Source: Candidatus Brocadia sp. (GTDB lineage: Bacteria > Planctomycetota > Brocadiia > Brocadiales > Brocadiaceae). From it: a stretch of 32,000 bases of DNA. Below, in pieces: positions 17,118 through 24,065 of the stretch. The notes under the pieces are model-generated. The model made no database searches. It was given only the letters and a program-made list of their open reading frames with translations, and had not been told where the DNA came from. Numbering within the stretch: position 1 is the first letter of the stretch; every line of letters starts with the position of its first letter. Where the stretch lies: NCBI GenBank assembly GCA_021650915.1, contig CP091279.1, forward strand, positions 780,001 to 812,000. Reading direction: 5' to 3'. A program made the translations under genes and the position numbers.

Positions 17118-17158
17118 GTTCAATGGGTGCAAATCAGTACATTTTGTACCCATTGAAC
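17118..17158 (+). other. Strong stem-loop just after the MCP stop (no U-run)
   Basis: GTTCAATGGGT (17118-17128) pairs perfectly with ACCCATTGAAC (17148-17158). It is followed by a second small hairpin, CGGCAGGAAATTGCCG. Confidence 0.5.
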
Positions 17159-17277
17159 GGCAGGAAATTGCCGTGATAACTAGATGAAATGAATACCGCG
17201 TTGAGGAATTGAATTACTGCGCAGGAATTTCTGCTCTGCTGTTTTGAAGGGAAGACTTGGAGGGGAGTGTTACTAAC

Positions 17278-17757
17278 ATGAATGATGTTCAGACTGCAAT
17301 TACTGTTGGCGTTGGCGATCTGAAGATTACGCAAGCGCCTAATGAATTAAAAACATTACTGGGCTCCTGCATTGGAGTTGTATTACACGACCCTATCAAC
17401 AAAATTGGTGGGCTATTACACGTAATGTTACCAAAAAATAATAGTAATGATTTAAAGATTACCAAGTACGCTGATACAGGGCTCCCCTTTTTTATTTATC
17501 AGATGGTCACCCATGCAGGCGCATCCAGAGGGGCTCTTTATGCCAAAATATTTGGTGGCGCAAAGATGTTCGAGACCAATGGCCTGTTTAATATAGGTGA
17601 ATCAAACGAAATAGAGGTACGACGAATATTGAAAGAAGAAGGAATCAGGGTAGTATCGGCGAAAACCGGTGGTACGAAAGGATACAATATTTTGTGCGAT
17701 ACAGAGACGGGTGAGGTAACGTGCCGTATCTTTGGTGAAGCAATCGTAATTTATTAA
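17278..17757 (+). CDS. cheD: Chemoreceptor glutamine deamidase CheD
   Basis: LKTLLGSCIGVVLHDP, GGLLHVMLP, AKIFGGAKMF and NIGESN are CheD signatures with the catalytic Cys/His context. ATG 17278; the ORF opens with TTG at 17257. Confidence 0.9.
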   Translation: MNDVQTAITVGVGDLKITQAPNELKTLLGSCIGVVLHDPINKIGGLLHVMLPKNNSNDLKITKYADTGLPFFIYQMVTHAGASRGALYAKIFGGAKMFETNGLFNIGESNEIEVRRILKEEGIRVVSAKTGGTKGYNILCDTETGEVTCRIFGEAIVIY

Positions 17758-17830
17758 TATCATTATAATGCCTGCAAAGCACCAAAATACAAGCACCAAA
17801 TCACAAATAAATTCCAATAAACAAAATCCA

Positions 17831-18340
17831 ATGTTCAAACAATATGATTTAGAAGAAAGAACATTCTGTTTTGCCAAGAATGTTACCCTTTATGTGAGGC
17901 AATTAACAAAAAATGTTTCAACCTTGGAACATGGTAAGCAAGTAATACGTGCTTCTGGTTCTGTAGGAGCTAATTATATTGAAGCCAACGAAGCCCTAAG
18001 TAAAAAAGACTTGTAACACTTTAGTTTTTTGAAAAATTACCATAATAACGATGTTGCCGCACGGTGTAAGGGCGAAGCATTTGCCATAAATTGGTATAAA
18101 TGTATTCATACCCCAAGCTGGCAAATGCTTCGCCCCTACTTTTTCAAAAAACTAAAGTGTTACAAAGACTTTATTATGAGAATAAAGGTATGCCGTAAAG
18201 AGGCAAAAGAATCTGCTTATTGGATAAGATTAGTAGTCGAAACAAATGATGAGCAATATAAACGAGAAGGAGAAAAGCTTATAAATGAGGCAACTGAGCT
18301 AAAGAAGATTTTTTTCACTATTATTTTAAAATCAACGTAG
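17831..18340 (+). pseudogene. Four-helix-bundle protein gene (copy 3) interrupted by a MITE
   Basis: N-terminal half MFKQYDLEERTFCFAKNV...GSVGANYIEANEALSKKD ends at a TAA created at the MITE junction (18014-18016). C-terminal half FIMRIKVCRKEAKESAYWIRLVVE...ELKKIFFTIILKST resumes after the insert in the same frame. Confidence 0.85.
18013..18163. mobile_element. MITE, 151 bp, perfect 24-bp TIRs, 8-bp target-site duplication
   Basis: TIR-L GTAACACTTTAGTTTTTTGAAAAA (18013-18036) is the exact reverse complement of 18140-18163. Flanking direct repeats AAAGACTT at 18005-18012 and 18164-18171. Inner IR at 18066-18085 / 18120-18139 (19/20). No coding capacity of its own. Confidence 0.88.
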
Positions 18341-18415
18341 TTTTACTTTTTAGATATTGTAATTTATTTGAAATTTGGTCTTTGCGACTTGGTCTTTTAG
18401 ATTATAAGCTTTTGT

Positions 18416-18440
18416 GTTCTTTGTAACTTTGTGGTTACTA
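18416..18440 (+). repeat. Solo copy of the CTTTGTNACTTTGTGGTT arm
   Basis: GTTCTTTGTAACTTTGTGGTTACTA closely matches GTCCTTTGTGACTTTGTGGTTCTA (20898-20921). It lies 27 nt upstream of the cheC ATG. Confidence 0.6.
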
Positions 18441-18466
18441 ACCTTAATAAAATAAAAGAGGTAAAA

Positions 18467-19072
18467 ATGAATATTACTCAAGAACGTATGAAGGTAATTG
18501 AAATTATGTCGCGGCTGAGTATCGATAGGGCTTCCAGGGCTCTATCCAAGACACTAAGAACCGGCGCCATGATTTCACTTTCAAATGTATACATAGCCGA
18601 TTTAAGCGAAACGACTGAAAGAATGAATAATGATCTCCGGGAAATGACGGGCGTTATGGTTGATTTTAAAGGGAATATTGGCTGTAAGCTTTTGTTCATG
18701 CTGCCGGTGAACGGTTCATTCATTCTCACAGACCTCTTTCTCAGACAACCAACCGGCACGACGAAAGAATATAATGAATTTACTGAAGGCGTAATTCAGG
18801 AATTGGGAAACATTCTTGCGAGTCATATCAGCAATGTGCTGGTATCTGATTTTGACGCTACCTTGGTGCCAGAACCACCACATGTGCATAATGATTATGC
18901 CGGAGTTATGTTTGCAAATCTGGTCATGGAACAAGGCATGAATGATGATAAGCTGTTGCTGATGGAGACAAAATTCGAAATTTGTAAAAATGAGATCGAG
19001 TGTTACCTTTTTTTAGTCCCGGAGGCGACGTCGTTTGTGAAGCTATTGGATAATATAGGAGTAAAAGTATGA
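18467..19072 (+). CDS. cheC: CheC-like chemotaxis protein (first active site degenerate)
   Basis: CheC-sized, two-repeat layout. The second site retains E-x2-N-x22-P (QELGNILASH...PEPP). The first site position reads KVIEIMSR and lacks D/E/N. ATG 18467 follows AGAGG; the ORF opens with GTG at 18431. Confidence 0.75.
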   Translation: MNITQERMKVIEIMSRLSIDRASRALSKTLRTGAMISLSNVYIADLSETTERMNNDLREMTGVMVDFKGNIGCKLLFMLPVNGSFILTDLFLRQPTGTTKEYNEFTEGVIQELGNILASHISNVLVSDFDATLVPEPPHVHNDYAGVMFANLVMEQGMNDDKLLLMETKFEICKNEIECYLFLVPEATSFVKLLDNIGVKV

Positions 19073-19461
19073 AAAAAATTTTAGTAGTAGACGACTCTAA
19101 AGTCATAAGGATGGTAATCAAGCGACTTTTGACACAACATGGGTATCAGATTGCAGGGGAGGCTGAAAATGGAAGGGCGGCATTTGAAAAATACAAAGAC
19201 TTAAGACCAGACGCCGTAACTATGGATATTATCATGCCAGAAGTTGACGGCATTCAAGGGTTGAAAGACATCCTATCCTTTGATAAACAAGCAAAAGTAA
19301 TCATGATTTCCGCCATAGACCAGAAAGAATCATTGCTGGAAGCCATTCGGCAAGGAGCGGCAGATTACGTGGTTAAACCATTTGAGGATGATCGGATGGT
19401 GGCGGCAATGAAGAATATATTTGACGAAAACCAAAAGGATGCGGGAGGCAGTAGGCAGTAG
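19069..19461 (+). CDS. cheY: CheY-like single-domain response regulator
   Basis: VVDDS, VTMDIIMP, MISAI and VVKPF are REC signatures. There is a 4-nt ATGA overlap with the cheC stop. Confidence 0.88.
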   Translation: MKKILVVDDSKVIRMVIKRLLTQHGYQIAGEAENGRAAFEKYKDLRPDAVTMDIIMPEVDGIQGLKDILSFDKQAKVIMISAIDQKESLLEAIRQGAADYVVKPFEDDRMVAAMKNIFDENQKDAGGSRQ

Positions 19462-19480
19462 GCCGTAGACAGTAGACGAC
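19446..19480. repeat. Tandem heptamer tract (AGGCAGT-like x5) spanning the cheY stop codon
   Basis: AGGCAGT AGGCAGT AGGCCGT AGACAGT AGACGAC read directly from the sequence. Confidence 0.8.
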
Positions 19481-19522
19481 GGTCTCTTAACAAGAATATT
19501 TTAACACTTTATAACAAATAAT

Positions 19523-19953
19523 ATCTGAGGAAAACAGGAAGGCAAGAAAGTGGGACTTGAATTTGAGAAATTGACAGATGATATCATTGCAGCATCCATT
19601 GAAGTTCATAAAACCCTTGGACCAGGTTTTCTTGAAGCTGTTTATGAAAATGCACTTTCACGAGAATTCGAAACTCGTGACATTCCTTATAAACGACAAT
19701 GGGAAATATCTATATTCTACCATGGAAATGAAGTAGGCAAGCACAGACTGTATATGTTTGTTTTTGATAAATTTGTAGTTGAATTAAAGGCAATAAAGGA
19801 AGTTACAAATGAGCATTTTGCAATTGTTCGTTCCTATTTAAAAGCAGTAAGACAAAGACACGGTTTGATCCTAAACTTTGCAAAACCAATTTTGGAAATA
19901 AAAAGAGTTATTTTTACAGAATAATATTCCTGATCTTCCTGCTTTCCTTAGAT
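19523..19953 (+). mobile_element. Inverted-repeat-bracketed GxxExxY gene cassette
   Basis: ATCTGAGGAAAACAGGAAGGCAAGAAA (19523-19549) and TTCCTGATCTTCCTGCTTTCCTTAGAT (19927-19953) are reverse complements at 21/27 positions. They abut the start and stop codons. Confidence 0.5.
19550..19924 (+). CDS. GxxExxY protein (PD-(D/E)XK nuclease-like small protein family)
   Basis: Family signature GPGFLEAVYENAL (G-x-x-E-x-x-Y), followed by ...VVELKA... Intact 124-aa ORF with a GTG start. Confidence 0.8.
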   Translation: MGLEFEKLTDDIIAASIEVHKTLGPGFLEAVYENALSREFETRDIPYKRQWEISIFYHGNEVGKHRLYMFVFDKFVVELKAIKEVTNEHFAIVRSYLKAVRQRHGLILNFAKPILEIKRVIFTE

Positions 19954-19981
19954 GTTATTTAAATTTTTAAGATGAATACCT

Positions 19982-20815
19982 ATGGACATCGATATTAACG
20001 ATAAAGAATTTGGTCTTTTTCAGCGGCTAATCTACAATAAAAGCGGAATAAATCTTACCCCTGCAAAAAAAGAGCTATTGAAATCGCGATTAATAAAACG
20101 TTTACGGGAGCGTTCATTAACTTCATTTAAAGAATACTATCAATACGTTACGGAAGAAGATACAACGGGCGAAGAACTGGTCAGTATGCTGGATTGTATT
20201 TCCACAAACCTCACAGAATTTTTTAGGGAATCGGCTCATTTTGATTTCCTGTCAGAAAATGTGCTTCCTGTCTTACTGGAGAACAAAAGAAAAAACCGTG
20301 AGAAAAAGATCAGGATATGGTGCGCAGGGTGCTCAACCGGCGAAGAGCCATATAGTATTTCTATGATACTGTCAGAACGTATAGAACAGCTTTCGAAATG
20401 GGATATAAAGATATTAGCTACCGATTTGTCAACCAGGGTATTAAAAAAAGCCACTCAAGGAATATATGCAAAAGAACGGTTGAGGGATATTCCTCTTCAA
20501 ATGCTCAACACTTATTTCAAAAAGGAATCTCATAATCTCAAAGACTGTTATCAAATAAATGATTTCCTGAAAGGATTGATTGCCTTTAGAAGGCTCAATC
20601 TGACCGATGAAATCTTTCCCTTCAAAGGGCAATTTGATTTTATATTTTGCAGAAATGTGATGATCTATTTTGACAAACAAACGCAGAGTGAATTGGTGTC
20701 AAAATTTTATAAACATCTTGCCCCAGAAGGATATCTTTTCATAGGACACTCTGAAAGCCTTGCCGGCACTGAAACCAGGTTCCGGTATGTACGGCCCACA
20801 GTTTATCAAAAGTAA
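19982..20815 (+). CDS. cheR: Chemotaxis protein methyltransferase CheR
   Basis: N-terminal helical domain (F..F..L......GI.L...K...L..RL..R) and SAM-binding RIWCAGCSTGEEPYSISM, IFCRNVMIYFD. Confidence 0.92.
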   Translation: MDIDINDKEFGLFQRLIYNKSGINLTPAKKELLKSRLIKRLRERSLTSFKEYYQYVTEEDTTGEELVSMLDCISTNLTEFFRESAHFDFLSENVLPVLLENKRKNREKKIRIWCAGCSTGEEPYSISMILSERIEQLSKWDIKILATDLSTRVLKKATQGIYAKERLRDIPLQMLNTYFKKESHNLKDCYQINDFLKGLIAFRRLNLTDEIFPFKGQFDFIFCRNVMIYFDKQTQSELVSKFYKHLAPEGYLFIGHSESLAGTETRFRYVRPTVYQK

Positions 20816-20837
20816 CCCTAGGCGTATTGAATAATGG

Positions 20838-20921
20838 GAAACCACAAAGACACAAAGGGCACAAAGAAAATTAAAGAATAGAGATTGACTTCTTCGTGTC
20901 CTTTGTGACTTTGTGGTTCTA
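20838..20921. repeat. ORF-less long inverted repeat built from 9-bp-periodic CACAAAG / CTTTGTG units
   Basis: Left arm GAAACCACAAAGACACAAAGGGCACAAAGAA (20838-20868) and right arm TTCTTCGTGTCCTTTGTGACTTTGTGGTTC (20890-20919) are reverse complements apart from 1 indel and 3 mismatches, with a 21-nt loop. Located between cheR and cheB. Confidence 0.75.
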
Positions 20922-20961
20922 ACGCAATTTCAAATAAGAGACGTTGTTAAGGAGCCCTGGC

Positions 20962-22056
20962 ATGGTAAAGAAAATAAAGGTGTTAATTGTGGATGATTCA
21001 GCGGTAGTTCGAAAAATATTATCCGCAGGCCTGAGCAAGGATCACGAGATTGAAGTTATTGGAACAGCGGCAGATCCGTTTATTGCCCGGGATAAAATTG
21101 TAAATTTAAGGCCCCATGTAGTCACACTGGATGTCGAAATGCCCAGGATGGATGGCATCTCCTTTCTGCAAAGATTAATGACCTATTATCCATTACCCGT
21201 CATTATGGTCAGTTCCTTGACGCAGGCTGGTTGTGAGACCACATTAAAGGCACTGGAAATAGGGGCATTGGATTTTGTTGCAAAACCATCACTGGACATA
21301 TCACATACGCTTGATGAAATAATAACCGAACTGGCGGAAAAGATAAAAGAATCCGCACATGTTAAAGTGAAAAAAAAAGAATATTTCAAGGATGCTGGCA
21401 ATAAGAAGACCAATACCCTGTCACCCAAAACAAATCACGCATTGATAAACAGCACACACAAGATTGTTGCAATAGGGGCATCGACAGGAGGAACGGAGGC
21501 GCTCAAGGAGGTGTTGATCCATATGCCATCAAACGCACCGGGAATATTGATTGTGCAGCATATGCCACAGTTGTTCACAAAATCCTTTGCTGACCGATTG
21601 AATTCTCTTTGTTCTATCGAAGTGAGAGAGGCGAAGAACGGAGATAGTATTATTCCTGGCCTGGCGCTGATTGCACCGGGAAACTATCACATGGAGTTAC
21701 GAAGAAATGGCGCCCGATATCACGTAATAACAAACCAGGCCCCCCCGGTTCGTCGCCATAGACCATCTGTCGAAGTGCTATTTGAATCTGTTGCAAAATA
21801 TGCTGGTTCAAATGCCGTTGGCGTGATCATGACAGGTATGGGCGATGACGGCGCAAATGGCCTTTTGAAAATGAAAGAGGCAGGCGCTAAAACGATAGCC
21901 CAGGATGAAGATAGCTGCGTGGTATTTGGTATGCCCAAGGAAGCAATCAAATTAGGCGCGGTTGATACGGTCGTTCCATTGAACAAAATTACCCCTTCCG
22001 TTTTATCATCGTTAGAAATGAAAACACCACAATCTCTCCTCCGGCAGAAGGATTGA
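20962..22056 (+). CDS. cheB: Chemotaxis response regulator protein-glutamate methylesterase CheB
   Basis: N-terminal REC (VLIVDDS, VTLDVEMP) plus a methylesterase domain (GASTGGTEAL, HMP, GMGDDGANGL). ATG 20962 follows AAGGAG; the ORF opens with TTG at 20944. Confidence 0.93.
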   Translation: MVKKIKVLIVDDSAVVRKILSAGLSKDHEIEVIGTAADPFIARDKIVNLRPHVVTLDVEMPRMDGISFLQRLMTYYPLPVIMVSSLTQAGCETTLKALEIGALDFVAKPSLDISHTLDEIITELAEKIKESAHVKVKKKEYFKDAGNKKTNTLSPKTNHALINSTHKIVAIGASTGGTEALKEVLIHMPSNAPGILIVQHMPQLFTKSFADRLNSLCSIEVREAKNGDSIIPGLALIAPGNYHMELRRNGARYHVITNQAPPVRRHRPSVEVLFESVAKYAGSNAVGVIMTGMGDDGANGLLKMKEAGAKTIAQDEDSCVVFGMPKEAIKLGAVDTVVPLNKITPSVLSSLEMKTPQSLLRQKD

Positions 22057-22128
22057 TGGTGTATGATACAATGAGTGTTTATCACATCGTATAAATTTCA
22101 TATAACATGAACTATTTTGGTTTGTACC

Positions 22129-23598
22129 CTAGATTCGATCCGCAATTGTGTGTAAAAGTTGTTTTGCCAACTTGGGCTCAGTCAGAAAATGTACGTGACT
22201 ATAAGAACCAAGTACGCGGTTAGCAATTAGACCGTCTTGTTTTGGCGTATTGTCACCATGTTTAGACAGCTCATACGCATATTGTGCCCCGACAGGCACG
22301 TGTAAAGACGACCAATGAAATTCGTGTGCCTTGAATGTGTCACCTTTCATACACAGAATCGTATCATGAATTGCTTTTACCAGTACGTAACCTAATCCCT
22401 GCCGTTTATTTTCCATCTTGGTAGTACCCTTCAGTATTCCGCACATCTCATGGCTATTATTTTTAAAATCAGTGAGTTTTTCAAGCAAATACATCATTCC
22501 ACCGCATTCTCCATACATGACGACACCATTCCTGTGCGCTTTTCGAATAGACTCCTTCATGGTGGTATTTGATGCGAGCATGGAGGCGTATAATTCAGGG
22601 AAACCGCCACCGATATACAGGCCATCAATGTCCGCTGGTAAGTATTTATCATAGATAGGACTAAAATACGTCAGCTCAGCCCCGAGCAACTCCAGGAGAT
22701 CGAGATTATCCTGATAATAAAAATTGAATGCCTCATCCATGGCAACGGCGATCCGGCAGGGAACTTGTTCATTAACACCGCAAAATGCGGTCTTCTCAAA
22801 GGACGGAAGATTTTTTGAGGATAATGCAATATCGACAAGTTTTCCTATATCCACGGTGGCAGATAACAGCTTACCAATCTTTTGATATGCAGATTTTGAA
22901 AACTCCTGCTCAACGGATGGCACCAAACCAAGATGGCGCTCCGGCAGCATTATTTCCTCATGAAAAGGGACATACCCCAGTACCGGAATCTCGCAATAGT
23001 TTTCAATAGAGTTTTTAAGAGAAGTATAGTGTCGCCCACTCCTCACTCTGTTCAGGATTACCCCCTGTATTTTCACCTCTCTATCAAAGTGCTTGTATCC
23101 CAATACAATCGCACCTGCACTGCGCGACAATCCTTTTGCATCCACGACCAATACTACAGGAGTATTCAATACTTTTGCAAGATGCGCTGTACTCCCCGAC
23201 TCTGTCCCGTCCAAACAACCGTCATACAACCCCATCACACCTTCAATTACTGCCATATTCGAGCCCGTAAAAGCGTGTTCGAACAATTCCAGGCACACAT
23301 CTCTGCTCATAAGCCAGGTATCCAGATTCCGAGAGGGTCTTTCCGTAATGGCCGTATGATGTGAAGGGTCAATATAATCCGGTCCGGCTTTAAAGCCTTG
23401 AACTACGTAACCCTTGTCTTTCAGCACGGACATCAAACCCAGGGTAATCGTTGTCTTACCAACACCGCTGTGTGTACCGGCGATCAATATTCTTGGATAA
23501 TAATTGGAATTTTCTGTTATGAGAGTCACTGATGAACAACAAGTATAATCAAAGGTTTTTGGCAACAAATGATAATTATTCTTTCCCGGTATAAGCAT
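22129..23598 (-). CDS. cbiA: Cobyrinate a,c-diamide synthase
   Basis: P-loop ILIAGTHSGVGKTT, FKAGPDYIDP, and a C-terminal GATase (ECGGMMYL, HEFHWS). Start uncertain: ATG 23598 overlaps the upstream gene by 23 nt. GTG 23529 gives a more homologue-like N-terminus, and the ORF opens at 23676. Confidence 0.88.
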   Translation of the reverse strand: MLIPGKNNYHLLPKTFDYTCCSSVTLITENSNYYPRILIAGTHSGVGKTTITLGLMSVLKDKGYVVQGFKAGPDYIDPSHHTAITERPSRNLDTWLMSRDVCLELFEHAFTGSNMAVIEGVMGLYDGCLDGTESGSTAHLAKVLNTPVVLVVDAKGLSRSAGAIVLGYKHFDREVKIQGVILNRVRSGRHYTSLKNSIENYCEIPVLGYVPFHEEIMLPERHLGLVPSVEQEFSKSAYQKIGKLLSATVDIGKLVDIALSSKNLPSFEKTAFCGVNEQVPCRIAVAMDEAFNFYYQDNLDLLELLGAELTYFSPIYDKYLPADIDGLYIGGGFPELYASMLASNTTMKESIRKAHRNGVVMYGECGGMMYLLEKLTDFKNNSHEMCGILKGTTKMENKRQGLGYVLVKAIHDTILCMKGDTFKAHEFHWSSLHVPVGAQYAYELSKHGDNTPKQDGLIANRVLGSYSHVHFLTEPKLAKQLLHTIADRI

Positions 23599-24013
23599 CC
23601 GGATTGGTAAGATACTTTGTCCTGCAATGATCAGAACAAAAGTAATAGATTTTATCCTGATACACGCAGGTAACAAATCTTCTTAATTCATCGATTTTCA
23701 TATGACATACAAAATCGATCGTGCCCTCCGGAGGCGTAACATTTCTGAGATATTTGGATGGCTCCTTATCAAAGTCCACTTTGCATTCTTGACTACAAAA
23801 ATAATATGCCACTCCTTCGTAACTGGATTTTGGAGTATTTTCGCCAATCGTAATATGAACACATCCCATATCAGAAAAATATGCACAGACCGGATCAATG
23901 ACCTTTGGTTGTTCTTTTTGCGATAAAGTCGTTGTATTTGCGCATCCGGTAATTATGCATATAAAACCTGGTATCAGAAAATATTTTGCTATCACAGGAA
24001 GCTCCTTTCTCAT
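23576..24013 (-). CDS. Lipoprotein with two YHS/TRASH-type metal-binding domains
   Basis: Signal peptide with lipobox (FICIITGC). Two YHS-domain patterns, GVAYYFCSQECKVDFDKEPSKY and DKIYYFCSDHCRTKYLTNPDAY. Confidence 0.75.
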   Translation of the reverse strand: MRKELPVIAKYFLIPGFICIITGCANTTTLSQKEQPKVIDPVCAYFSDMGCVHITIGENTPKSSYEGVAYYFCSQECKVDFDKEPSKYLRNVTPPEGTIDFVCHMKIDELRRFVTCVYQDKIYYFCSDHCRTKYLTNPDAYTGKE

Positions 24014-24065
24014 AATTTTTATTGCTCAATATCCGCAGAAAACCTTCTTTTACCACGGGAAATTC

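Larger units (their letters stand above)
17774..18398 (+). mobile_element. Inverted-repeat-bracketed four-helix-bundle gene cassette (copy 3)
   Basis: An upstream CA-rich arm (17774-17815, ...CACCAAATCACAAATAAATTCC) and a downstream arm (18359-18398, GTAATTTATTTGAAATTTGGTC...) are imperfect reverse complements. The inner 22 nt match at 18/22; overall about 28/39. Confidence 0.5.

Noticed and set aside
18029-18340. 103-aa ORF annotated by the track as a stand-alone protein
   Set aside because: Its first ~45 residues are a translation of the MITE. The remainder is the C-terminal half of the interrupted four-helix-bundle gene, so it is part of a pseudogene.
19446-20921. CRISPR array explanation for the short periodic repeats (7-mers and 9-mers)
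   Set aside because: The units are 7-9 bp, contiguous and without spacers, and no cas genes are present. They are not CRISPR.
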